Of a DNA stretch of 64,000 bases, positions 36,796 through 54,407 are shown one piece after another. Position 1 is the stretch's first letter, and each line of letters begins with the position of its first letter. The notes under the pieces are model-generated. The model saw nothing but the letters and a program-made list of their open reading frames with translations, was not told the origin of the DNA and ran no database searches. Source of the DNA: Ascidiella aspersa (Eukaryota); NCBI GenBank assembly GCA_963924565.1, contig OZ004608.1:16554001-16618000 (forward strand), read 5' to 3'. A program made the position numbers and the translations under genes.

Positions 36796-37872
36796 ATGAA
36801 CACTGTGGACATGGACGTTACCGCTAGAATGTTTTCAAACAACACGTCATCTCAAGCTGAACTAACCTCAATCAACAATACTACATCCTACGACGGGCAG
36901 TTGATTGGTGCTCTGGTGCTATGCACTGTGACGTTGATTGCCACCATCCATCTCACAGCCGTGCTTGTGATTTACGAAGTGAAGGTCAGGCAGAAGAACA
37001 GAGATAGTCTACGCCTGACCCGATCGCGTTGCCAATCCAGGTTGGTGAGAGACAAGTGGGCGGATTGGATGCGGCTGCTTTCTTTGATCGGATGTGCTAC
37101 CCTCCTGTGTCGCGTGCTTCTTGAAACCGTCGAAATCCGCCACGGACAGGGCTCCGACGAGGTTTGCGCAATTATCCGGCCTGTGAAGGCGTTTCTGCAG
37201 GCGACGGTGGTGACGTGCATCTACTTGGTGTTGTGGATACGACAGCGAAAGTTCTACAGCCTGCCTGTAATGGAACATCTCACCAACAAGTACATTCGCT
37301 TTCTCAGCAGCTCGATTGTCGCGATAATGGCCACGGCCGACGCCCTTACCGTTTGCCTTTACATCTTTACTCGAAAGTACACGGATTCGGAACGTGGTTG
37401 TGTGGTAGATTATAGCCTCGTCTGGAAAAAACTTCCGGGTCTGTTTCTGTTCCTGTCCACTGTGCTGTTTCAGGCAATCCTGCTTGGGTTGCTGATTTAT
37501 CCACTCATAAAGCACAGGCGCGGTATTCAAGTCCAGAGCACCGCACAACGGCACGAAATTGTGCTGATACGAAGGGTGACCGTCGCCGCACTTGTAACGG
37601 TCGCCATCGACGGTCTTTCCGGGTTAATTGCGATCACGGTACTCTCTGGCTCCTTTGGTATCTGGCGACCGCTTCTCTACGACGTGGATATGTTCGCGGG
37701 ACTGTTCTGTGTGAATCTAACATTCAATGATTGGAGGATTCGATTTTGCCCCTGTTTTGCTGACAGCAAGGAAGTGAGAGGCACACTAAAACGAGTGTAT
37801 AGCAACATGGAAACAGAATTTACGAACACAGTTGATGGGACGACAACCACCGGCATGGATGGCGCCGCATAG
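36796..37872 (+). CDS. Orphan 7TM receptor #4, intronless, 358 aa; paralog of #3
   Basis: Same length as #3, with ~20 aa differences by manual count (~94% identity). Confidence 0.9.
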   Translation: MNTVDMDVTARMFSNNTSSQAELTSINNTTSYDGQLIGALVLCTVTLIATIHLTAVLVIYEVKVRQKNRDSLRLTRSRCQSRLVRDKWADWMRLLSLIGCATLLCRVLLETVEIRHGQGSDEVCAIIRPVKAFLQATVVTCIYLVLWIRQRKFYSLPVMEHLTNKYIRFLSSSIVAIMATADALTVCLYIFTRKYTDSERGCVVDYSLVWKKLPGLFLFLSTVLFQAILLGLLIYPLIKHRRGIQVQSTAQRHEIVLIRRVTVAALVTVAIDGLSGLIAITVLSGSFGIWRPLLYDVDMFAGLFCVNLTFNDWRIRFCPCFADSKEVRGTLKRVYSNMETEFTNTVDGTTTTGMDGAA

Positions 37873-38048
37873 AATTATTCACTGATATTCTGTTATTTAA
37901 CTGTTCTGTTCTACCACATTACTGCTTCAAATATTGTTTAATACAAAATATAATAAACGTGTAACAAAAGGCTTTGAAATAGAGCAAATTTATTAAAACC
38001 AAAAATATAACTTGCTAAAACAATAAACCGCATGGTTTTTGAGTTTTT

Positions 38049-38664
38049 TGGTGACGACAGGCCTTACGTTTGTGAGAAATGCCCTTTTTCGCATTTACGT
38101 AGGTAAAATAGGAAAAAATAGGCCTATTTGAAATGGACTCAAAAGAGGCGGCGGGCCGGTTGAATTACATTGGCAGGCCGGATACTGCCCGCGGGCCATA
38201 GGTTGCCGACCCCTGTCCTAGAAGAACCACCAGAAGAAGAAACATCACGCCATTGTAACACTAAACATTCTGTACCACAATTGTTATTACGCAGTGTATT
38301 TGTTTTTATTCGTAAAGACTCTTACAGACCACCACTTAATACCCCATATAAAGGTCCTTTTAAGGTCCAAGAGTGACATGTTAAATATTTTGTTTTAGAT
38401 CTCGGGGGTAAGCAACAAACTGTGCCTATTGACCGTTTGAAGCCAGCAGTAATTGATGTTTCGCGACCCTTGCCAACCCCAAATATAAAAAAACGGGGCC
38501 TTCCTCGCAAAATTTTAAAGTCGTTTCTGGGGGAGCTTTGTGGTGACGACACGCCTTACGTTTGTAAGAAACGACTTTTTTCTTGTGTTTCGCTTACGTG
38601 TCTCGTTTTCGCGTGTCACAGTTGATTCAAACTGAACACGATGAATTAAAACAACTTCGCTACA
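38049..38664 (+). mobile_element. Old Gypsy relic: integrase GPY/F tail, PPT and short LTR remnant
   Basis: VFIRKDSYRPPLNTPYKGPFKVQE*...TVPIDRLKPA, then GGGGGAG PPT, then TGTGGTGACGAC...CTACA (38539-38664). A similar LTR start lies at 38049. Confidence 0.7.
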
Positions 38665-38730
38665 GTATACTATATAGTGAACGGTGTGCACCAAAAATTA
38701 CTTAATTTATTTAATGTAACGTTTTTGCCT

Positions 38731-39873
38731 TCAAAGCTCGTGGTAATAGTGTGTATCTTGCAACTTCAGCACTTCATTTCCCCAACTTGTCCATCCAGGT
38801 GTCAAATTACGGGCAAACATTTCTAGACATCTGGGTTTGCCACTTGTTATTACAAATCGTTCCAATAAGGAATGAATAGGAGGTTTATGTGAGTGTATTT
38901 TGCAAGGAACACTGCAAACTACGTAGTTTGGAAAAAGCTCTGTATTTGGATTTTTTCTATTACCATCTTTTAGACAAAATCTCCCAATGACCAAACTTTC
39001 ATATGGCTTTTTATGCAAACTGTCAAATGGATAGATTGGAGTACCACTTTTAGTTACTTTCACCCAAAACCATTTAGCAATGTACTGCACATTCCAAAAC
39101 GGAAAGAGCTCATTTGTGACAAAATTTAATATCTTTTGCTTATTAGTTATCCAAATTGCAACAAGACATCCATTTTCAGCTAAGCTTCTGATTGGCAAAT
39201 GCTTTATATCATAGAAACTTAGGTAGTCATATTTTGCACCTCTTTTAACTGATTTGTTTTTCCATGGCGGATCCATTAGAATACAGTTGTATTTAACCTT
39301 CTGACAGTCTTTTATTAAAACCTTAATATCAGAAACATCACAATTCAAAAACCTACAACTCTTTGGCATCAAAATTTGTTTTTCTTTCTGTAAAACTCTG
39401 ACAGGAAACTCATTTTTGTTTTCCATAAAATGCAAAGCGTCTTGAGAAAAATCAAGTTGTAAAGCTGATTTCACTCCTTGCAGAGGATAAGTTTCCCCAG
39501 TTAAGTCTGTTACAACTCCACAGCAGACCTGTCTTGCAAAATATTCTTTAACCAATCCACATAGCACTTCTGCAGAAGACTGAATTGATTCCCTTATGTG
39601 TTCATAATATTGTTGAGAAACTAGTTCTTCAGCTGAAAATGGATATTTGCGTTTTCTTATTCGCCTCTTTTTGACATTTACAATACTTGTGTTATTTGTT
39701 TGATTTTTTTGCCTTTGTTCAATGTATGGCTTCTTTAAATTGAACAAACTCTTTTCAAAACAAAATGATTTAGTTGATTCTCCATTTAATGAAACTGTTT
39801 TATTGTACACTATTTCAAAATAGTGCTCATGATCAATAAAAACTCCTTCAGTATGTTCAATTAAAAAGTTCAT
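38731..39873 (-). CDS. METTL4: MT-A70 family N6-adenine methyltransferase METTL4, intronless CDS, 380 aa
   Basis: ILMDPPWKNKSVKR catalytic motif; WITN, WFWVKVT, HKKPYE, SVPCKIHSHKPP and CLEMFARNL.PGWTSWGNEVLKLQ; AATAAA ~20 nt after the stop. Confidence 0.95.
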   Translation of the reverse strand: MNFLIEHTEGVFIDHEHYFEIVYNKTVSLNGESTKSFCFEKSLFNLKKPYIEQRQKNQTNNTSIVNVKKRRIRKRKYPFSAEELVSQQYYEHIRESIQSSAEVLCGLVKEYFARQVCCGVVTDLTGETYPLQGVKSALQLDFSQDALHFMENKNEFPVRVLQKEKQILMPKSCRFLNCDVSDIKVLIKDCQKVKYNCILMDPPWKNKSVKRGAKYDYLSFYDIKHLPIRSLAENGCLVAIWITNKQKILNFVTNELFPFWNVQYIAKWFWVKVTKSGTPIYPFDSLHKKPYESLVIGRFCLKDGNRKNPNTELFPNYVVCSVPCKIHSHKPPIHSLLERFVITSGKPRCLEMFARNLTPGWTSWGNEVLKLQDTHYYHEL

Positions 39874-40295
39874 TTTAAAATTTAATTCTAAAAAAATTTT
39901 TGAAGCTTTAGTTAAAAAACTCTTGTTATTGTATGGGTTACATCACCATAGAAACTCTATATATCCAAAGGTTAATCAACTAAATAGTTAGTTATATCAA
40001 AATGAGAAACAACATCAGCAATTTTAACACAGATGAAAGTTGCTTTACAATATATCTACAAATACTATATTTAGTAACAGCAATAAGTGAAGTTTGTCAG
40101 CATTAATTTGTTGGGTCAAAACTCACCAACCATTTGCTATATTCGCTTTGCTGCAAAATATTTGCTTAGCCCTGAGTTATTTGTACTGTAACGAAACAAG
40201 TTGACAAAAACAAAATTGCAAGAAAAAAATAAATATGGGTGAATAAATATGATAACAACACTTGACCCAGCAGGGCCCAAACTCACACCCTAACC

Positions 40296-40638
40296 CAGGG
40301 GTTCTTAAACTGGGGTCCATGGACCCCTTGGGGGTCCGTGAACTAGTTTTAAGGGGTCCATGAAGGCCTAATTAAAGAACTAGTGTATACTTAAGAAGTA
40401 ATTAATTTTTCAAAGAAAACACTTTAATTAAAAATTAAACGATTTTGCACTGAATGTATAGTTAGATTCCATTTAACTTTCACATTTTTCGGACTGAAAT
40501 AAACAGAGTTATGAAGTCTATTTGTATTGTAATGTCATATTATGACTTCATTTTGGAGCATATCTTGTCTACCGGGGTCCATGCAAAGCAAAAAAAAAAT
40601 TTATGGGTCCGCGGGTACAAAAAGTTTAAGAACCCCTG
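40296..40638 (+). mobile_element. hAT (Charlie-like) MITE
   Basis: TIR CAGGGGTTCTTAAACT/AGTTTAAGAACCCCTG; TSD CCCTAACC/CCCTAACT. Confidence 0.85.
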
Positions 40639-41029
40639 CCCTAACTCAAATGATGTTGGCAATATAAACCCCTGACAAAAAAGTGGTAGGATTCTAAACC
40701 AGCGTGAAGTTTTATTTTATTTTTTCTAAAGTTTACAGTATTTTTTCATATAGTTACCATACCACCTTATATTTATCTATAAATGCATTACGTATTAGTT
40801 TTATTGTAACATTACATAATTGCCATTTTCTCTTACGGTAAACATCTAGAATTATCATAAATTAAATCTAGAAACATCTGGATTTTTCATGGAGAAATGT
40901 AAAAAATAATCTAGAAAGGATTTTACATTTGACAAAATATTAACATTATAAAGCTTAATGCCAGATAAAGTTGCATAAAGAGGCGCTGGTCTAGAATTCT
41001 ACCACAACCAACATTCATATTTGGGTGAG

Positions 41030-42967
41030 AGGGGTTGGTAGCCGAGGTCGCATATACGGGCGTTTATGTCGCATATACGGGCGGTTGTTGGTCGCATATA
41101 CGGGCGGAGATGTCGCATATACGGGCGTTCGCATAATGTCGCATATACGGGCGAATTTCTCTACCGAACATACTGTGTGGTGTAAGGCATCGGAATGGCG
41201 TTCTATCAGATTTTAGTAGGCCATTATGAAGTGTTTGTGTTGCCTGACAGTTATGACGTCATATCATGTCTTCATCGTAACGTCACTCTCATCAAGTTCT
41301 GTAGTAAATAGCTCATATTTGGCTAGGTCGCATATACGGGCGTTCGCATAATGTCGCATATACGGGCGAATTTCTTTACTGAACATACTGTGTGGTTTAA
41401 GGCTTCAAAACGGCGTTCGAATAAATTTTAGTTGGCCATTATAAAATGTTTGTGTTGCCTGACAGTTATGACGTCATATCATGTCTTTATCGTGATGTCA
41501 CACGAATCTAGTGGTGTAGTAAATTACCCATATATTTGGCTAGGTCGCATATACGGGCGTTCGCATAATGTCGCATATACGGGCGAATTTCTCTACCGAA
41601 CATACTGTGTGGTGTAAGGCGTCGGAATGGCGTTCTATCAGATTTTAGTAGGCCATTATGAAGTGTTTGTGTTGCCTGACAGTTATGACGTCATATCATG
41701 TCTTCATCCTAACGTCACACTCATCAAGTGCTGTAGTAAATAGCTCATATTAGGCTAGGTCGCATATACGGGCGTTCGCATAATGTCGCATATACGGGCG
41801 AATTTCTCTACCGAACATACTGTGTGGTGTAAGGCGTCAAAACGGCGTTCGAATAATTTTTTTAACTTAAAATTAAATAAATTAATTTTTTATGTTCCTA
41901 ATCCTTCTTGTCACTTCAGTCGCGGTCCTCAGTAGAAACACTGTGTTTAATGAAAAAATCTAGTTTGATATATACTACGCCTGTTATTTATTTTTCATTT
42001 ACTTCTGTCTGTTGTTTTAAACATACAAATAGCCTCCCGCAAGTGAGTATACTATTATTATTGCAATATCGTTGCGTTCTTTTTTGGATTTCGCGGTATT
42101 TTATTTTACGTTTTACAGTATTTGTTTAGTAATTGTTTTCTTTAAATAAAAGATTATACGATTTTGCTGCCAAATTTTGGATTGGCTCGCTGTATATCGA
42201 AATTTACCATGGAGACAAAGCCATATTTTATGACGGTCAGCTAACCGACAAGAAATCAAGCAAAATTGTGAAATACATTACCAGAACAAAAATCGAATGT
42301 ATGATTTAACAAAATAACCTTATATAAACCGTTTGCTAATTTATAGTCTTATTTTATAGTTTTGTTTATATTTTTTATTTATCCAATACAAATGTATTTT
42401 GAGTGTGTTAATTGGCAGCTGCTGTATTTTGTTAGCAAGAATCGTTAGGACCGTCAGTATTACAGTATGGTAATTTACTACACCACTAGATTAGTGTGAC
42501 GTCACGATGAAAACATGATATGACGTTATAACTGTCAGGCAACACAAACATTTTATAATGGTCAACTAAAATTCATTCGAACGCCGTTTTGACGCCTTAA
42601 ACCACACAGTATGTTCAGTAGAGAAATTCGCCCGTATATGCGACATTATGCGAACGCCCGTATATGCGACCTAGCCAAATATGAGCTATTTACTACAGCA
42701 CTTGATGAGTGTGACGTCACGATGAAGACATGATATGACGTCATAACTGTCAGGCAACACAAACACTTCATAATGGCCTACTAAAATCTGATAGAACGCC
42801 ATTCCGACGCCTTACACCACACAGTAGGTTCGATAGAGAAATTCGCCCGTATATGCGACATTATGCGAACGCCCGTATATGCGACATCTCCGCCCGTATA
42901 TGCGACCTACAAGCGCCCGTATATGCGACATAAACGCCCGTATATGCGACCTCGGCTACCAACCCTG
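41030..42967. mobile_element. Foldback-type element with long inverted arms built of ~216-bp tandem units and GTCGCATATACGGGCG subrepeats
   Basis: Left arm ~41030-41860 has unit starts at 41112, 41327, 41544 and 41759. It is inverted relative to the right arm ~42470-42967, around an AT-rich spacer of ~600 bp. Termini GGGTTGGTAGCC/GGCTACCAACCC. Confidence 0.85.
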
Positions 42968-44357
42968 ATGATTTGGGTTAAGTGTTTGGGTAGGTCAAGT
43001 ATTATTATAAAATAATAAATATAATAATACTTGACCCACCCTCCCCAAAACGCTAACTCGCACCCTGACCTAAATATTTTGTATTGATTGAATAATTGTT
43101 TGAATGCTGTCATAGGATTGTAGAACAGCGGCAATGAAGGTCTTGCTTGAAGCTTTTGATCTAAGACTTTCTATTTCAAAAAACATTTTGTTGAACATAA
43201 CCAGTTATTGAAATGTCGATTTTATTCTTTAATAATTATGTTATAATTACCGTACCGAAAATTTTACATTTGAAATTACTAAAACATTTATCCTCGATAG
43301 TTATTCTGTCATCAATTTAGATCATACAATATTTTTAATAATAATCTAAAAAAATCATCTAACATCTAGAATGTATAATACTACTACATCTAAAACCAAA
43401 CTAAAACGTCTAGTTTTAGATTAAACTAATAATCTAGAAATAGAATGGCAACTATGACGATTTCGTAAAGACCAAAGTAATTTCTATGGACTTTGGTAAA
43501 GAGTAAAGCCAAGTGTGCTAACGAGCGAATGTTGCAAAGAGGGGATGTCCCTATGTTAAGTTTATTTTGATTGAGTTTTATCCAGGGAGTCGAATCGTTT
43601 GACTTTTCCGGTTCGGTTCGGGTTTGTTTATTATTACTTATGACTCTATCAGTGAATTTTGCAATTGTTTTTGGTCAATTTTTGCAGTTGCAAAATTACA
43701 GTGAGGTGTTTCGTGAAAAAGCTAATTTTTTAAATTGGGTTGGTTGGTTGTACTGGAGGAGGCCATGTGGATTCTCAGAAAATCGGAATTACTTTTTTGA
43801 TTTCTCCCCTTTTAAGTACAGCGATATTGCCTTCGGGTAAGAGGTTGCGAAGGGTTGGTAAATATGTTTAGGATTTGGGTTGGAGCCTTGGAGGTATCCT
43901 AAAATTTTAGTGGTCCTTGGCTCCTTAAAGTCTAGCTGTCCTCAATGACCTTATGGTTCTATAGTGATCATTGCGGTCTTTGTAATCCTTGTATTCTTTG
44001 CAATCCTTATGACGCTTGTTATCTTGACCTACTCAGTTTAGTGTAATAGTAACTGGATTCTTTTCCTGATGTAATGGTAATGCCTTGAGTAAACCATGTG
44101 AAACAAAAAAATCCGATAATATTTATGAAAGGTTGAACAAACACACAATGTACCAGAAGTGATAATTTACTATATAAGTTGATGTCGTTTCATTTGTTGA
44201 AACCAAGCATTGGCAAACTTATTATAGGTTTAGAATAACAAGTTTATAGATGCTAAACGTTTTTTGGTGTAAATATGAAGTTTTTTGTGATAAGAGTTTG
44301 GCATGAAGGTGAGTAGACGTAACAGTTGTCTGTTTGCAGGTTGTCTTTGGTTTTATT

Positions 44358-49993
<5,636 letters not shown>

Positions 49994-51067
49994 TAGCATT
50001 TTGTGTTAACTTAACGAAATTTCGTCGCATCGTTAGACTTTATCTGTTTCAACGGAAGAGTTGTGCTGAAAGAGGTGCTGTGTGAACTTTAAGTGGCTCA
50101 CAACCGGCGCCATCCTGAAGCTAGCCGAAATTGTTACTTTTCTTCAATTCTTTTCAGTTTTGAGTTGCCATCATACAGTTTCACCGGTATTGCAATAACT
50201 TTGTTTCAACTTTAAGATTTTTATTTACCGAAAATGCATTTTTGTCTTTCTTGTTTTCTTGTACCGTGTTGGCAAGAAACTTTTTTCTGTAACTTCGTTG
50301 TTTTGTATTCTTGTTTTCTATGCTTTTTTATTATTCTCTAACACTACTTCATTTGTTATTACATTAGGTATATTTCTTTGACTATATCCGTTATTAGGGA
50401 TGGCCGATAACATCAGATGGATCCGATACCCGATGCCAAGCGGTAGTATTGGTAGTCGTCCAGAGTGGTATCGGTCAATAAGATACGATTTTTAGTCATG
50501 ATTAACGATTTAACGCAGTGATTCCACCTTAAAAGGAGAATTTATAAAAAAAAGTAGAATGGTAACAGTAGGGTTAACTAAAATTCATAACGTTAAAGCA
50601 AATTTTTGTCTAAGAACTTTGCAAAGAATCCTCTAACGTCTTCATTTCAACCATTTTGCTTGATTGACTAATGACGTCATTTTGTATCGGGGATCGTTAT
50701 CGCGATGGAACCTTTGTTATTATTACGATTTTGGTACACCGTTGTTTGCAAAATTAACTATGTTTTAAACAATCGCTTGGTGACATACGATTTACACTTG
50801 CAGCATACAGCTTAACCGCAAAAGTTACTTAACATTTACCAATGACTCCTGATGAAAGATTTGCGGAAGGATAGTGTAGATAGAGCGTAATTCTCAGCGA
50901 CCGATATTCTCTTTACTTTAACCACATATAGCCTCTGGGTAACGTTTAACCTTTACTGTAAGCAGACGGATAATTTCTACACAAACTTGTTTCTCATGCT
51001 GCGCTAAACGCATACACAGGCACTATAGTAGTAAATCTCAGCTTGACGACGCAACTCCGTAAATGCG

Positions 51068-54000
51068 ATGCTTTCGTATGGAATTCCCATATTTGCAAGT
51101 TTATTAATCAACGTTGTTGCAGGTAAACTTTATGTATTTTCAAGTTGGCATTGGTTTTAATCGGTATTATATAAGGCTGTAGTCAGGTGAAGTGGAGAAT
51201 GTATATATTTTGAATATTTTTATTTTAAAAATGTGTTTTAAAGGTTTACAATGTTTTACGTGCGACAACGCTCAAGGAATGATCGAATGCGCATTCAAAG
51301 GGACCATAAAGCAATGCCAAAATAATCAGGTGTGAGCATTAATCCTATAACCTAAACAGCTCATTTTGAGTTACTGGTATTTTAATTGTATACCACTTCT
51401 GGTGTTTAAACTCAGTCAACATGAAAAGCATCCAAGTTTTGGAAGATAGACAGATAGGGTGTGTTATTATTGGCTAAATATTCTAACTAAGCTATCATTA
51501 GAAAACCTGCGAAACGGTTGTGCGGCGCTCCGGAAAACGTCTCACTGTCATCAAAAGTTGCAAGCAGAAACAAGCCTGTCTGGAAACTGCAAAAAGTCAG
51601 GTAGAATGCCTACATTTCACTGGCATGTTTTTTTATAATGTTTTGCACAGAGCAGGGCTGCGGAGTCGGTTAAAAATAACCCGAGTCCGACTCCGGCCAA
51701 AAAACTAAACCCGAGTCCGACTCCCGTCAAATGTGCGATTTTGTCGAGTCCCAAGTCCGGTCCGGACACTGCAGGCTGTATTTCACCAATTTGTGACTAA
51801 AATAACGTGAATATTCAGCAATCCACTTATGGGGTGTCGTATAATTCATTCACTCACAATACAGGTTTCGAAAAAATTCCGCCATATAATATTCTACCTT
51901 TACAATTTCCATTTGGCGGCCATTTCAGTTTTAAAATTCGGTACTGCGCATGTGCATGTCGGACTCGAGACTCGGGTAGTTTTACAAGGTCTTACTCGAG
52001 TCCCGAGTCCGACTCCAGAAAAAACAAACCGACTCCTCGAGTCCCGAGTCCGACTCCGCAGCCCTGGCACAGAGCGCTGTCAAAGCTTTTTAAAGGCACC
52101 CTTTAGCCATTTTATTATTCGTGGCTTTGTCATGATACCTTCCAGATATCGTATCGGGATTTTGGAGACCTCGAGTGCAACAGGGATCACGAAAACTCTG
52201 CTTGCACCTGTTGCTGCGAGGATGATTTGTGTAATCTGAACACACGGCCCTGCATCGGAATGACGTGTAAGTCGCACCACAGAAAGCATGGGAAAGGCTT
52301 CTCAGGCAGAACTGTCATCGACCACCTTCGGGAGAAGTCTCGGGGGTCACGATTGTATAATTTAATTGTTTGCCAGTTAAATGAAAGGGGCCACAATGTA
52401 AGAAAGATTAAGAACCACTGGTGTAGAAGGTTATGCACGATCAATAGTGACAAAACCCCACTGTGATAAAAACGTATAAGTTGCGCGTCGTTTATTTTGC
52501 TACAACGAACGGTTCAACACATTTAAAAAAAGGACCAGCGGTGTAGTAAGGTCACAGGTGTATACAATATAACGTGTTCCTTTAAAGTTAAAAAAAAACG
52601 TCTCAGTGACTAGATTTCAATAAAAGTATTTAACAGCGACAAGTTTGACAATAAATAATAATTTAAAAATTGACTTCTTAGTTCCGTGCGAGCCAAGAGT
52701 TACCATGGAGAACGGCAACTTATCGTGCACCAATGGGGCCATGGTGGATTCAGTGTGTACTTACAAATGTAACAAAGAAGGGTTCTTTCTTCGACCTGTT
52801 ATAGGCAACGGAGAATCTATATGTCTCGCTTCGGGAACTTGGAGTCAGCCAAAGCCATGTTGTGCCCGTAAGTTTTCGAGATATCATCTCACAACTTCAA
52901 CGCCTTTAGCGTTTTTTAATGTTAAATGATGTTATCAATAAATTCTATGATGTTATCTTTAAATTTGTATTCTGCAATTTCCTGTTGGATACCCGGGATT
53001 ACGCTTATCCGAAAAGTTTTATTTAAAAATCAATAACTTTTAGCTGTGTTGAATAACTTGTTTTAGAAGGGACCCTTATATTTGTTACAGGTGCTTGTCC
53101 GCCAAATTTGTACAATGACATCGTTTTTATGCGTCAAACCAACAACCAGGCGGGATGGAACGAATTTCAGCGAATGGTTGAGACATTCATCGGGTAAGTA
53201 GCCTACACTAGACTTAAAGTAGCCTATTGCCTTACCGCTAACTTTCTGTTTTAAAAATATTTTTCAATATAATACTTTAAAACTTTTATCATGGACTTCA
53301 GCCGCCTTCAACAGCCTTAACAAGCATTAATTGTGACGTTTAAAATTGCAGCCGACAACAATGTTAAAGTTAAATGTCAATCTGTCTAATGAGACTCTTT
53401 TGAAAACGAGACTGTGATATTTTTTATTTATTGTGTAATATTTACGGCCGCTTTTGTGCAGGCAATTAAACGTGGAAAGTGATGGTGTCAACGTCGGTGT
53501 TGTTTCTTATGGAGACAACGTACACGCGAACGAAACGATCAAACTGTCCCAGTTCTCTAGTGACAAGGATGATTTGCTGCTGGCCGTTAATAACCTCCCC
53601 TTTGTACCAGGTTTGGCTTAAACTTTGGCATAAACCAGCGTATAAACAGTGCACGAAATTCTCATACTTTTGGTTTGCAAAAACATTTTACATACCGTAA
53701 GTGTTAAATTACGTTTTGTTATTCACGCCTTAATCTTAGCAATTTGCCGTGTGGTGATAAGCTACAGCTACACCATTGACATCACTGTTTTGCTGTGTCT
53801 GTTTTTACTTATAAACCGGCTTTGATCAAGAGCGGTTATTGGTTTCTTACGCACTTTTGCAGACGATGGCCCTGACGTTCGAACCGGCAATGCATTGACG
53901 TATGTATTGGAGGAGTTTTACTCACCGGGAAACGGAGACCGACGCGACAGCAAAAACGTTATCATATTACAAGCGGACAAGCCGACTGCTGACGATGTTA

Positions 54001-54407
54001 ATCGACCTGCGTACCTTCTTCGACAGGCTGGCTTCACTGTAAGTTGCAAAAGTAAAATACATTTATAGTCCGAAACCAAAATGTCCATGACGCTTTTGGT
54101 TCCGTTGGATTGTTTTCGGGAACAATATTTTGCGAAACATTTTTGCTTTTAAGGTATATTTCATAATTTAAAGTAAAGATTCATAGTACACTTATGCGTT
54201 CTAATTATGTATAGCTGACTAACACGTACCTCGTTGAATCAGATATACACCATTTTACCTCACGGTGTAACGAATGATGATTTCATCAATCAAGCCCATG
54301 TGATCACCGGAAAAAGTGACCAGGTTTTCACACTTCAGGCTCCTAATGATATCACCTTTCTTGAAGACTTAATGAGGATTTTGTGCAGCAATCCATGTAC
54401 ACCCTAA
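51068..54407 (+). CDS. Secreted LU/three-finger + Sushi(CCP) + vWA protein, 379 aa; exons 51068-51122, 51244-51329, 51502-51600, 52146-52266, 52682-52867, 53091-53193, 53462-53610, 53863-54038, 54243-54407
   Basis: Phases are consistent (1140 nt). Signal peptide MLSYGIPIFASLLINVVAG; LU domain LQCFTC...SCKQKQAC...CTCCCEDDLCN; Sushi C...NG..SC...C.Y.C...C...G.WS.PKPC; vWA DIVF...VGVVSY...TGNAL...GDR...KNVII. Confidence 0.85.
51653..52066 (+). mobile_element. hAT-like MITE (GAGTCC/GACTC subrepeats) in intron 3 of the LU-Sushi-vWA gene
   Basis: TIR CAGGGCTGCGGAGTCGG/CCGACTCCGCAGCCCTG; perfect TSD GCACAGAG. Confidence 0.9.

Larger units (their letters stand above)
33058..38884 (+). repeat. Segmental-duplication partner of ~11360-21301
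   Basis: Collinear blocks: ~11360-12450 vs 33058-33830; ~17800-20300 vs 35055-37900 (7TM genes with upstream DNA); then the METTL4 3' end. The two copies carry different TE insertions. Confidence 0.85.

Noticed and set aside
41030-42967. Regularly spaced GTCGCATATACGGGCG repeats resembling a CRISPR array
   Set aside because: The spacers are themselves repeated, the arms are inverted, the context is eukaryotic and there are no cas genes.
43875-44030. Degenerate 9-bp TCCTTGnnn periodicity suggesting a Gly-X-Y collagen-like frame on the minus strand
   Set aside because: Too decayed, with no sustained open frame or splice support; treated as an old minisatellite.
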